From Octopus sinensis (Eukaryota), in NCBI RefSeq assembly GCF_006345805.1, contig NC_043001.1:13702001-13766000 (forward strand): 64,000 bases of DNA, given 5' to 3'. The notes under the pieces are model-generated. The model did no database searches. It had not been told where the DNA came from and saw nothing but the letters and a program-made list of their open reading frames with translations. Shown in pieces: positions 12,346-25,059 of the stretch (positions are counted from its first letter, which is position 1; every line of letters starts with the position of its first letter). A program made the translations under genes and the position numbers.

Positions 12346-12728
12346 CTAGCAGTATCGCCCGGCGTTGCTCAGGTTTGTAAGGGAAATAACTATAAAGCAT
12401 TTTTAGAGAGTTATAGCCAAAAAATAGCAAAAAAATTGAAAAAAATTATGGTAAATTTTTTTTTTAGTTAAAAAAGGTGAAGTTGCGTCCCCTAGACAGT
12501 TTGCTGTTAGTGTTTCTGATTGTCGACCCCATGTCGAATTTATCGATTTTTTTCAGAAGTGGGGGAACTTTTCAAAATTGTCGCTGCGTTAGTTTTGAAT
12601 TATGACATTGGGCTATGTGTGTGTCAAGTTTCATCAGAATCGGTTGAAAGCCGTGGTCAGGGTGAGGGTACAAGCAAACAGACACACAGAAACACGCACA
12701 GACAAACTGCCGTTTATATAGAGAGAGA
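12346..12728 (-). mobile_element. Non-autonomous Helitron, 5' type 2
   Basis: Minus strand A|TCTCTCTCTATATAAACGGCAG ... GGCGATACTGCTAG|T; homologous to 41078-41454. Confidence 0.85.
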
Positions 12729-12890
12729 TAAGGTCTTTTCTGCCATCTTTCTTCTAACAAGTATCTGTTACTTCAGAGTCCTTTATTTTCGTTAGCATCC
12801 TCGAAGACAGAAGTCTATCACCGTATTTTTCAAATTCCATGACCATTTTATCGGGTTCGCACTGTAGAATACCACGTAGTTTTGAAGCCG

Positions 12891-13114
12891 TACTCTCTTT
12901 ACTCTCTTTTACTCTTTTACTTGTTTCAGTCATTTGACTGCGGCCATGCTGGAGCACCGCCTTTAGTCGAGCAAATCGACCCCGGGACTTATTCTCTATA
13001 AGCCCAGTACGTATTCTATCGGTCTCTTTTTGCCGAACCGCTAGGTAACGGGGACGTAAATACACCAGCATCGGTTGTCAAGCAATGCTAGGGGAACAAA
13101 CCCAGACACACAAG

Positions 13115-13185
<71 letters not shown>

Positions 13186-13352
13186 TACGACAGGCTTCTT
13201 TCAGTTTCCGTCTACCAAATCCACTCACAAGGCATTGGTCGGCCCGGGGCTATAGCAGAAGACACTTGCCCAAGGTGCCACGCAGTGGGACTGAACCCGG
13301 AACCATGTGGTTGGTTAGCAAGCTACTTACCACACAGCCACTCCTGCGCCTA
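12891..13352 (-). mobile_element. SINE family B, full length
   Basis: Complete head, internal (TA)n and (TAAAAGAG)n tail on the minus strand. Confidence 0.9.
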
Positions 13353-13879
13353 TACTCTAGATAATTGATAATCGTTTTCTCGTTAGTCTAAAGTCTCTTA
13401 AGTCCCTAAATAAGTGGTAAAAGAATGTCATGTTCGTGCAATATTTGTATGGCTTATTTTGAATGCACTCATGTTCCCTGTCCAGTTTTTCTATTTCAGC
13501 AAGCTTACACGTTTGTATGGAGTTACCTTCTTTTGTATGTGCCGCTAAAGATGAAGGACCTCATTTGCCCTGAGTCTGCTGGTATTATCTCTGAGTGACT
13601 TATTTCAGGAGACCATTCTGTGATATGTCGACTAACTCATAGGTTTGATTCTGACAGGGGCAACCACTCTGGGCCTGAGTAAATCTGGAACAGTAGTGGC
13701 AAGAAAATGCTTCTACAGTCCCCAAAATGCTGGATCCCCACAGATATGTCTCCATTACCAAATGCAATTTTAAGTCTCACTCAGGACACGGAACGTGTAC
13801 TGAAGTAACCAGAACGATCTCTCGGGGACTAGCCAGGCTTCCGCCGCTAAAAGTCACTTGATGCATTCCTCAGGCATCA

Positions 13880-14770
13880 GTATGCCGACCAGCGTCGTCA
13901 AATGTAATCGTACTGCCACGTGGTACGTCTTTGTTTGGCAGTGCCTCTCCTCTGTTCGACAATATTTGCGATGGCTGAAACGAAGGAACAGCGAGCTTCC
14001 GTCAAATTCTGTTTTCTGCTGGGGTAACCGATGGCCGAAACAGTTGTCACAAGGCGGCGAGCTGGCAGAAACGTTAGCACGCCGGGCGAAATGCTTAGCG
14101 GTATTTCGTCTATCTTTACGTTCTGTGTTCAAATTCCGCCGAGGTTGACTTTGCCTTTTAGCCTGGCGTGCTAACGACTCAGCCAGCTCAGGGCCTCCAT
14201 AATAAAAATGAGAGCAAAATAATTTTACGAGTGGTTTTTAGGCTTTGGCTACGACCACTTGTTACTCGAAGACCAACTTCGTTCAGAGAGTCCGTCGACC
14301 TCCCGAACGAATGAAAACATCACGAAGATTCATGACCTGATCTTGAAGGACAATCACCGAAAAATTGACGAACTTGTTGAGATGACGGTTGTGTTCTGGA
14401 GCTCCTGCCAATGAATTCTGAGTGAGGAATTGCGAACGAAAAGAGTTGCAGCAAAATGTGTGCCTCACTTACTCACGGAAAATCAAAAGCAGTCACGACT
14501 GAATGCGTGTCGTGAAATGAAAGAGAAGTTGGAAATTGATCTGGACCTTCTTTTTCGAAGTTCTTCACTGGTGACGAAATCTGATGCTACGGAATTTGCA
14601 GATGTTGAAGAGGTGAAGAAGAAAACGACAGAGATGTTAAAAGGCATCACTTCTCAGGAGTTCCATGATTGCTTTGGACAACGGTAAAACGAGTTTGGAA
14701 TGAAGTTTTGCTTCAAAGAGAGAACAGTTTGAAAGTGATAAAAGTGTAAACATGTGAAACTAAGTGAATA
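13880..14770 (+). mobile_element. Internally deleted mariner transposase fossil, interrupted by SINE-A sequence at 14054-14190
   Basis: MAETKEQRASVKFCFLLG (from 13969), SPSTSRTNENITKIHDLI, KRVAAKCVPHLLTENQKQSRL, FTGDEI* (GDETW motif), then a jump to EFADVEEVKKKTTEML. Confidence 0.85.
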
Positions 14771-14779
14771 AAATAATAT

Positions 14780-14935
14780 TCTTTCCTACTCTAGGTACAA
14801 GTACCCAAATTTTGGGGGAGGGAGCCAGTCGATTAGATCGACCCAGTACGTAACTGGTACTTAATTTATCGATCCCGCAAGGATGAAAAGCAAAGTCAAC
14901 ATCGGGGGAAGTTGAACTCAGAACGTAGCGAGAGA
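14780..14935 (-). mobile_element. SINE family A, 3' partial
   Basis: Core plus terminal tail only. Confidence 0.8.
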
Positions 14936-15273
14936 CAAAATTCCAATCAAACATATTCTATTACTATTAGCAAATTTTGTATTATGTGAAACTATGGGAA
15001 ATGTTCTTCTTCAAATTATTCTATTTTATACACACAAAAAAAATTAGTTGAAAATGGCAGGGATCTATTTAGATAGTGATGCGTCGCTTCACAAAACTGT
15101 CAAGGGTTTATAGTAAATACCTCCAAAAGTTTATTTTATTACTATTCTGTGAAATAATCAAATCCCAAGGGATAAATATTATAGAGATGAGGCATAGGTT
15201 TATGTTTTACCTGCTGTTGCTAAGATGTGTTAATAATGTTGATATGTGTCGATACGCAAGCTTATGTGATAAA

Positions 15274-15671
15274 TAATCCTTCCTACTGTAGGCACAAGGC
15301 CTGTAATTTGGGGGAGAGGGATGGTCAATTGTATCGTTCCCAGTTCTTAACTGGTACTTGATTTATCGACCCCGAAATGATGAAAGACAAACTAGACCTC
15401 GGCGGAATTTGAACTCAGAACGTAAATACAGACGAAATACTTATTTCGTTACTACCCACAAGGGGCTAAACACAGAGGGGACAAACAAGGACAGACAAAC
15501 GGATTAAGTCGATTACATGGACACCAGTGCGTAACTGGTACTTAATTTAATCGACCCTGAAAGGATGAAAGGCAAAGTCGACCTCGGCGGAATTTGAACT
15601 CAGAACGTAACGGCAGACGAAATACCGCTAAGCATTTCGCCCGGCGTGCTAACGTTTCTGCCAGCTCGCCG
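15274..15671 (-). mobile_element. SINE family A, two modules
   Basis: Head, two cores and terminal tail. Confidence 0.9.
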
Positions 15672-15924
15672 CATTGTGAATAAAGTAATATTGCAAAATT
15701 CCAGTTTCTTTTGGGTACTTCTTGTACATTCGTTTTATTCTTTCTACGAGAGAATATACCTCTTATGATGTCTTTCTTCACAATTTTGACAAACTTAATT
15801 TCATAATTCTTACCTGTACAAATTATAAAAGATTATATTTACTGGCCTTGTAATTTAGCATATTTCACCTTTAGACCATACTGGAAATAATTATTTTTAT
15901 GAACAAAACTTTTAAATTTTCATC

Positions 15925-16040
15925 CTTGAGATGATGAAAGGAAAATCGACCTCTGCGGAATTTGAACTCAGAACGTAAAAGCAGACGAAATGCACCTAAG
16001 CCTTTCAGCCTGGCGTGCTAACGATTCTGCCAACTCACGG
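15925..16040 (-). mobile_element. SINE family A, 5' partial
   Basis: Head and B box region. Confidence 0.8.
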
Positions 16041-16064
16041 CTTCCCCACAATAATAATGATAAT

Positions 16065-16089
16065 CATAAAAATAATAATTAAAATGATG

Positions 16090-16160
<71 letters not shown>

Positions 16161-16327
16161 AAGAAGAAGAAGAAGAAGAAGAAGAAGAAGAAGAAGAAGA
16201 AGAAGAAGAAGAAGAAGAAGAAGAAGAAGAAGAAGAAGAAGAAGAAGAAGAAGAAGAAGAAGAATAGGTGTACGGAAAACACTCGGCGAGAAACGGAAGA
16301 AAATTTGAAGAAATAAGGGAAAACAAC

Positions 16328-16359
<32 letters not shown>

Positions 16360-16384
16360 TAATAATAATAATAACAATAACAAC

Positions 16385-16416
<32 letters not shown>

Positions 16417-16420
16417 CAAC

Positions 16421-16482
<62 letters not shown>
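16065..16482. repeat. Compound trinucleotide microsatellite (AAT)n-(AAG)n-spacer-(AAT/AAC)n
   Basis: Directly visible; explains the poly-I, poly-R and poly-N ORFs. Confidence 0.97.
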
Positions 16483-16483
<1 letters not shown>

Positions 16484-17338
16484 CCTTTCTACAATCAGAA
16501 TAGTAAGATGAGAAACGGAGGAGGAGGAGGGGAAGAGGAGGATTTTGACCTACTTCGTTAGAGAAGACTACGTCACAAATCTTGCTATAATGTGAATTGT
16601 TTTGCTTCTAGCTGCGATGCTATTGCCAATACATTGACCTTACTTTCACTAAATCGAATTTCATTGATGTCATTTTAAATTAGAAGTTGTTGAGGTAGCA
16701 ATTTGACATTATCAGAACTCATCAACTTGAATAATTTCGAGGATGGTATATTGACGAAGCAGCGTGACAGAAAACGATTTCATTAGAGAAATTATCGATC
16801 TGTTCGAAACATAAATCATTGTCATCCATTATCTTTAGTGCCATCATGGCTCCCCCCAAAGCATTAGTGCTATCAGTATATTTCTGATATAGCCCTGGGT
16901 CGTCCAATGCCTTGTGAGTGAGTATATACATACATGCATATATATATCTATATATACATACACATATACATATACACACACACATATATATATATATTGA
17001 TATATATCTATGCATATACATATATTTATATACATTTGTGTGTATGTATGTTTGCATTTATACATGAATATATATATATGTATATATATAGACATATACG
17101 CACCTATGTATGTACGAATATATGCATATATGTGTGTATGTATATGTATATATATATTCATTCATAGAAATATGTATGAATAGGTATGTGTGTGTGTGTG
17201 TGTGTATTCATATATATATATGAAATATCTAAGATAGATAATAATATATGAAACGAATATATATGCATGTATGTATATATACATGTGTGTGTGTGTGAGT
17301 GTGTGCGTGTGTTGGTGTGTGGATAGACAGGTAGATAG

Positions 17339-17376
<38 letters not shown>

Positions 17377-17473
17377 AATGAGGGTGAAAAAATTAGATAT
17401 TAATTGGATAACATCAATTTAACACCAGTGGTCTAGCATATAAAAAAAAACTGAGGTCCAGTAAATAGCATTA

Positions 17474-17584
17474 CATACATATAAGAGGGATTACCACCTA
17501 TGTGGATACCCTAATGCTAGAAGTAGATCCGCTACTTCTAGCATCAGGGTATCCACATAGGTGGTAATCCCTTTTATATGTATG
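17474..17584. repeat. Hairpin, 53 bp arms, 5 nt loop
   Basis: 17474-17526 pairs with 17532-17584 with two mismatches by eye. Confidence 0.93.
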
Positions 17585-17595
17585 AAATACTATAT

Positions 17596-17597
17596 AT

Positions 17598-17690
<93 letters not shown>
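17596..17690. repeat. (GATA)n microsatellite
   Basis: Directly visible. Confidence 0.97.
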
Positions 17691-17721
17691 GATATATATG
17701 TGCGTATAGATGATTATATGG

Positions 17722-17920
17722 GATCACCTTTGTGTCTGTTTGTTCTCTCCTGTTTGACAACCGGTGTTGATATGCTTACGTTCCTGTACTGGAATGGTTC
17801 TGCGAAAATGCCCGAGAAAACTGAAAGAAAAATATGAATTAGAGTCTATTTTTTCGATGAAAACTTACCAAGGTGGTGCCCCAGCGTGGCCATCATCTAA
17901 TAATTGAAACAAATAAAAGA
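17722..17920 (+). mobile_element. SINE family B, degenerate 3' half
   Basis: GGTGGTGCCCCAGCGTGGCC...GAAACAAATAAAAGA tail. Confidence 0.7.
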
Positions 17921-18129
17921 AGGAAAATGAGTATTTCCCACCATCTTAGTTTCTTAGTAAAGAGGAAGAAATATAGAATGTTCGAGTCTAGAATACATAT
18001 GAACGTTGGTGTGCTCGTTAGCTATGACTGTTAACGCCTCCACCATTACTGCGGCCAAAAGTCAATACCGATCACCTGAAGTAATTTTAAAAGCCCGAGC
18101 CATCACCATCATAATTACTAAAGTGCATA

Positions 18130-18862
18130 ACCATCATCATCACTATCACTATCATCCTCATTATCATCATCATCATCATCATCACCATCATCATCATTAT
18201 TACCATCACCATCATCATCATCTTCGTCAACATTATCATCATCACCATCACCATCACCATCATCTTCATCCTCATTATCACCATCACCATCATCATCACC
18301 ATCACCATCATCATCATCATCATTATTACCATCCCCATCATCATCATCTTCATCATCATTATCATCATCACCATCATCATCACCATCCCCATCATCATCA
18401 TCTTCATCATCATTATCATCATCATCACAATCTTCATCACCATCATTACCATCATCATCACCATCACCATCATCATCATTATCATCATCACCATCATCAT
18501 CACCATCACCATCACCATCATCTTCATCCTCATTATCATCATCACCATCATCATCACCATCACCATCATCATCATCATTATTACCATCACCATCATCATC
18601 ATCATCATCATCATCATTATTACCATCACCATCATCATCGTCTTCATCATCATTATCATCATCACGATCATCATCATCACAATCATCATCATCATCACCA
18701 TCACCATCATCATCATCTTCATTATTATCATCATCACCATTATCATCACCATTACCATCATCACCATCACCATCATCATCACCATCGTCATCATCATCGT
18801 CATCATCATCACCACCACCATCATCTTTATTTTCATCATCATCATCATCGTCGTCGTCGTAG
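18130..18862. repeat. ~730 bp imperfect (CAT/CAC)n trinucleotide array
   Basis: Directly visible, with recurring CTTCATCCTCATTAT variants. Confidence 0.95.
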
Positions 18863-19471
18863 TGAACATCAGCATAGACAGCAGCCTCAGCAGCCGCATC
18901 AACGGCAGGCGCTGCAATATCGTAAGCTCCAGCATTATTCCTATCGTCTCCATCTCCTTATCATTTTACCGATTCTTCAGACCAACATATTCTCATCACT
19001 CATCATTATCGGAGATAATACATATCCCTCCACACCCGTCCCTCTTTCTCTCACTCTGTCTTTCACCTATTTAACTATGTCCTCCCCCCTTCCTCTCCCT
19101 CATAACTATCACCACCGCCACCACCACCACCACCACCACTATCTTCATCATCATCCTTATCTCTATCTTCGTCTTCCTCGTCGTGGTTGTCATGGCATTA
19201 AACAAAGCAAAGCCTATCAACCAGCCAGTTGTATTGTTCAGGCAGCCTTATGTTGGTGACGTATGTTTTCAGATAAACACTACACAACTCTCCTCACACA
19301 ATAAAACTTGTGATGTGTCTACTTCGAAAAGTACAACTTGATCACCATTTATTTCTGGAAAAATCAACCACCAACATACCGATAATATCGATTGGTGGTA
19401 GGAACATCGTATTTAGTTTTATAACCATAATATACTGCGAAATATATTAAATGTTTATTAGTCAATGCTAT

Positions 19472-19743
19472 ACTGTTGTGTCTGGGGAGAGTCATTTTCT
19501 TTTTGTGCCTTATAATATAACACACTCACCGGTAAAACTATTGAGAGTCAAGACTATTGAAAAGGTTGCAAAACGCAACGAAAATTTTAGGAAAATAAAG
19601 ATAAGAAAAAAGTGGAAATTTTACCGGTGAGTGTGTTACATTATAAGGTACAAGAAGAAAATTACTTTCCTCAGACACAACAGAATATGCTTCTACACAC
19701 AAACTCACTTAAAGAATCTTGCAAACCAAATCCAAAAATGCAA
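19472..19743. mobile_element. 272 bp insertion with an internal inverted repeat and a 13 bp TSD; homolog at ~37842-38035
   Basis: TAGTCAATGCTAT at 19459-19471 and 19744-19756; ~19470-19538 is the reverse complement of ~19619-19686. Confidence 0.8.
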
Positions 19744-19798
19744 TAGTCAATGCTATGTTCTACTTTTGTGTAAACAGTACGATGCTGTCTCTTTTACG

Positions 19799-22759
19799 CA
19801 GTGTAGCCAATTTAAAATCAGAATTTTATGCTAAATTTCATTAGAAAAAATACCAAAAATATGCTAAAACATGCTAAATATGGCCAAAAATGCTAGAGAC
19901 TAATTCTTTCAAAAAGCTTAATTTTTGTTTACATTTTTATTTACTTTCTTGACTTATATTCAGCATTGAAAACTAATTTCTTGAATTCCACTTATTTGAT
20001 CACTTTCAGCTGCACTGCCTAGGTTTTGACTTCTGTATACATTCAAGGTTCCAATCTTGGTAATTATGTGTTTTGGAATATCGAAGTTTTTGCAACATAT
20101 GCCATATTTTTTCAGTTCATATTTTATAGACAGTATTGATCTAAGTAATAGGAAGATGCATCTTGTTTTCCAATTTTGATTTGATTGCACCCATACTACT
20201 GAACAACCGTTCAGCTTCTGCATTTGAGTTTGGCGATGTCAATAGATTAATGGCAAAATTTTCAACATCTCTAAAAGGATTTCCTCCAGTAGCATTTATA
20301 TATTCCAAGACTTCCAGCCAGAATGCCTCAGTATTAGACGTATTTGTCCATTTAACTAAATGAATGCTATTAAACTGAATTTCAATTGAAGCAATTTTTT
20401 CTTCATTTAAATGCATTGCTTCTAAGACAGCTAAAATTGACTCTTTGAAATGCCGCAAAATATTCTCTACTGAAAAACATTTGATATTCCTCAGTATATT
20501 AATATTTCCTGGCAAACGGTGCTTGAGCTTTTTATAAAGGCAGAGTAAAAATTGTCGTGATCTTTTGCGAATATTATTTTCTTCGGTGGCTATTACATTC
20601 TTCTTGATGATAATTTCTCTTATCTTTCTCTTGAACCTGTAGCCTAAATTTGGTTTAGGATCAATTCTACATGTTGGCAACACTATGAAGAGGATCATGT
20701 CTACATGTTGGCAAAACTATCATATTAGCAATAGATTTGATCAAATTTGAAAGATCTGCAAGTAATTTTGTTCTGTCGACAGTGTTTGCTTCAAACAGTT
20801 TATTCACTTCCTGAACATGTTTTAAAATTGGATGCAAATATAAAAGGTAAATTTCATTCCTAGAATCCCCAAACATTTCATGTAACGTTTGTGCTGTAAG
20901 GCATTTTCTTTTGTAGTTGTAGTTTGGAAGTGAGCTTGCAATTCAAACCATTGGCTTAAAATTCTATTTACCGCTGGTTCTATTGACAGCCACCTAGGTG
21001 TGCAAGAATTCACGATCTTCAAAGGCTCTTTATCATTGATAGCAAGGTAAAGTTGTTTGTAGGCACTTTGTCTTGTTGAAGAATGAGGGGATAGGTTTCG
21101 GATACTAAACATTGGTTTCGGATACTAAACATTGTAAATTTATGGGCAAGCATTCAGCACAAGCGTGTGATACTACAAACTGTTAAGAATGGCATACACA
21201 TCTAAATAGAATTAATGATGGAACTTCTTTTAATTTCTGGAAAACACCATTGTTGACTCCTATCATTACTCTATCATTGTCGGTTCCTATAGCCAGTAAA
21301 TATTTTATATCTAATTTCTTTTTCACAATGCCATCTGCATCACACGTTTCTAAAGATATGTACCGCTTTTTCTGTGAGTGTCGCTATAATATATAATAAT
21401 TCCTAACAACTTGTTTATCGATATATCATTGGATTCATCTAATAACAGGCTAAATTTTCTATCTCCTATATCAGAAATCAAATCTCTATGGAAATATGGA
21501 GCTAGAACATTTCTCACAATACTTGCACATTTTGTGTGATGCAACTTCACTTTGGATATAACATCACTATTAGACGTATAATTCTCACACAACTCTATCG
21601 TGATCACAGCTATTAAATGATGAGTGACAACAAATAAGCATTGCTAAATTTTCGTCAAGCATAGATGTCTTATCATTGGTAAGAAGAATCATTTACTGTG
21701 GAGTTGATGCTTGTGTTTCTTTGCTTCACAGTGGCTTACTAAAAGAGAATATTTTTCAACATATTACATCTACAATATCTGCAACGTGCTTTAGATTGGT
21801 TACTAGGTACTTCGCACAAGCACTTAGTAAACGCTGGCATCTTAAGCCATTCCTTTCGGAATTTTTGCTGGTAGAACTTTGATTTTTCTTTGCTCGTTAT
21901 AATGTAGTGGGAAGCAAGAAAATAAATTGAATGATTGGTAAAAATATAAAACTTATCAGTTTTCCGCTAACAATTCTTTCATTCGTCATTAACAATTCTT
22001 ATGTTTGCTGCTTACAACAAATTCTTGAGGTGAAGAATACTGATTCAGAATGCAGGGTGGCCAAGTTATAAATAGCAAAGTAAAATCTTCAGAAATCCTA
22101 AAACTGTGTTCTGATATAAACCTGGGAACATATTTCGCTTGCAATCTTATATTTAATATCTATTGGCAAAACCACAAATATAACTACGATACTTGAAAAA
22201 AAAGTAAGTAGAAATATAAACGGGAAGACATCGCCACCCTCGTAATTCTATACAAGATATATAATCCAAAGCAAGCATGAAAAACACAGGCCTGTTTTAA
22301 AACGAACTGAAAGTAAATCAGTCAACCTGTCATAATAAGCACTCATAACTACAGAAGAAAGCATAGTTAGGACGAATTTTTTTATGCTTTCATTCTTTAT
22401 AATATATTTACATTATTGTGTAGTGAGTTCAGGAACTGACATGAGTTATCTTCTCCCCCTCCTCCACTCTGTATCCACGCCGATGGGGTTGAGGTTGGAA
22501 AGGTTCATAATTTGATAAGCTTTCATTTGAAGTTTCAAGAAAGTGAAAGAAAAATTCACCAATAGCCGATGGTACAAAAATTTGGCGAAAGATATATTAA
22601 CGAAAATAGAAAGGGAGGAAAAAGAAGAAAAAAGAGTGACTATGATCAGAAAAAAATGCTAAAAAAATGCTAAATAAAATTTAAAACCTGCTGTTTTGCC
22701 TGTTAAATGCTGAAAAATATGCTAGATCTAGCATAAAATATGCTAACTTGGCAACCTTG
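19799..22759 (-). mobile_element. Decayed hAT-superfamily DNA transposon with transposase pseudogene (~19960-21890)
   Basis: BED-like finger KFRKEWLK..CRYC..HCEAKKH; FSLLLDES, IGTDN, RCVCHS, TPRWLS, NAEAERLFS (dimerisation domain); imperfect TIRs CAGTGTAGCCAATTTA / CAAGGTTGCCAAGTTA (12/16); subterminal ATGCTA repeats at both ends; flanks CTTTTACG / GTTTTAAA may be a decayed 8 bp TSD. Confidence 0.85.
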
Positions 22760-23018
22760 GTTTTAAATCGTTTATCTACAGATTTTCTACAGAATTCAGA
22801 GCGAGGATTGAAAATTACGATACGAATACGAAGATAGAAAAGTAGATAATAGGTGTATATGCATATTTCAAAAGCTATTGCTCTTTCATCAGCGCCACAT
22901 CCAACGCATTAACTATCCTTGAACACAAAACTTAAATACCCACTAACTCTAGCAGTATTACAGAACAGGATAAACCAATCGATATATTAACCGTTTAGTA
23001 TTCAAATTATTTTCTTTC

Positions 23019-23414
23019 TCTCTTTTACTCTTTTACTTGTTTCAGTCATTTGCCTGCGGCCATGCTGGATCACCGCCTTTGGTCGAGCAAATCTACCCAG
23101 GACTTATTCTTTGGAAGCCTAGTCCTTACTCTATCGGTCTCTTTTGCCGAAACGCTAAGTTACGGGGACGTAAACACATCAGCATCGGTTGTCAAGCGAT
23201 CTTGGGGGACAAACACAGACACACAACGACACACACACATATATATATATAAACGACAGGCTTCTTTTCAGTTTCTGTCTACCAAATTCACCAACAAGGC
23301 TTTGGTCGGCCCGAGGCTTTAGTAGTAGACAATTCTCCAAGGTGCCACGCAGTGGGAATGAACTCGCAACCATGTGGTTGGTAAGCAAGCTACTTACCAC
23401 AAAGACACTCCTAT
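23019..23414 (-). mobile_element. SINE family B
   Basis: Full body on the minus strand. Confidence 0.88.
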
Positions 23415-24023
23415 GAAATCTTGTTTATTAACATCGTCTTGAATTAATTAGCGTTCAGATTTTGATGATATGATCATTTGTTTTTAAAATACCACCGTAA
23501 GGGAGTTGTGACAACCACATCTGGACATTTTGAACATAAAACGGGTAGAATTTTGGGCTTGACACGAAAATTAAAACATTAAAGACTTAAACATTTTGCT
23601 GGCAACCGGTGCGTGAATATTAATCGCTGGACACATACTTAATATGCGTAGTTTTAAACACCAAGATTTTCGTCCAAGGAACATCCCTTCAAAAACGAAT
23701 AGTGCCTAATAAATAAACAGTATGTTTCTGAGCTACGCGACATGAAACCGTGGAAGAAATGAACGATGGCGGTAGATACCGCGGTTTCGCAGATTCCCGC
23801 CTAGCCATGTCGCGTACTCACTTCGCTTTCGAAATGAAATCGAAATTGTTAGACTGATGTGTATAGAAAGTTCATAAAAGCTATTTGTTGAGCTGCAATT
23901 GTGCCCCATGCGTAGAATGAAATCAATTTATGCATTAGAATCAGATCTATAATGTAAACATTATCGATACCATAGATATATGTGTGTGTGCATGCGTGTG
24001 TGTGTTTGTGTGTGCGTATGTGT

Positions 24024-24378
24024 AAGTGCAAGCGTGGCTGTATGGTAAGAATCTTGTTTCCAATCCACATGGATCCAGGTTCAGTCCCACTGCTGAGACC
24101 CTTGGTCAAGTGTTTCTGGTATAGCTTGCAGCTGACCAAGGCCATGTGAGTGGATTTGGTAGGGGGAAACGGAAAGAAGCTTGCCGTTAGTGGGTGCATA
24201 TATTTGCATCTGACGCCCACCAACGCTTGATAAATAATGTTGGTGGATTCACATTCTCATAACTTAGCGGTTCGGCCTGAGAAGCGATAAAATAAATCCC
24301 AGGATGTACCGGAGTTGATTCGTTAGACTAGAATTCTTCAGAGCAGTGCTCCAAAACACAACACAGTTTAATGACTGA
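24024..24378 (+). mobile_element. SINE family B, old diverged copy
   Basis: GGTTCAGTCCCACTG, CCTTGGTCAAGTG and GTGCTCCA motifs are recognisable. Confidence 0.7.
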
Positions 24379-24407
24379 AGAACTTCGTGTGTGTGTATCT
24401 GAGTGTG

Positions 24408-24438
<31 letters not shown>

Positions 24439-24629
24439 ATATCTGAGTGTATGTGTGTGTGTGTGTATCGTGTCCGAGTATCTTAGGCGGCGAGTACGTT
24501 CACTGGAAACAAAATGAGAGTCCCCAGGGCTGCATGATCAGCGAGCCCCCAGAAACAGCTGTTAAGTTTGTAATACCTTTCTGCTGCTCCTTTAATTTTC
24601 TTTATCATTTGTACTCCGTGTATTATACA

Positions 24630-25037
24630 TACTCTTTTACTCTTTACTCTTTTACTTGTGACTGTGGCCATGCTGGAGCACCACCTTTAGTCGAGCAAAT
24701 CGACCCCAGGACTTATGCTTTGTGAGCCTAGTACTTAGTCTATCGGTCCCTTTTACCGAACCGCTAAGTTACGGGGACGTAAACAAACCAGCATCGGTTG
24801 TCAAGCGATGTTGTGGGGACAAACACAGGCACACAAACATATACACACACATACATATACATACATATATAAGACGGGCTTCTTTCGGTTTCCGTCAACC
24901 AAATCCACTCACAAGGATTTGTTCGGCTCGAGGCTATAGTAGAAGACACTTTCCCAAGGTGCCACGCAGTGGAACTGAACCTGGAACCATGTGGTTGGTA
25001 AGCAAGCTACTTGCCACGCGGCCACTCCTACGACTAT
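24630..25037 (-). mobile_element. SINE family B
   Basis: Full body on the minus strand. Confidence 0.88.
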
Positions 25038-25059
25038 ATATATATAAACAATTACAGCG

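Noticed and set aside
16015-16561. Poly-Ile/Arg/Asn/Leu/Ser ORFs
   Set aside because: Trinucleotide microsatellites.
16722-17057. 111 aa minus-strand ORF with a protein-like tail
   Set aside because: Starts in (TA)n, passes through a SINE-B fragment, and the remainder has no recognisable motif.
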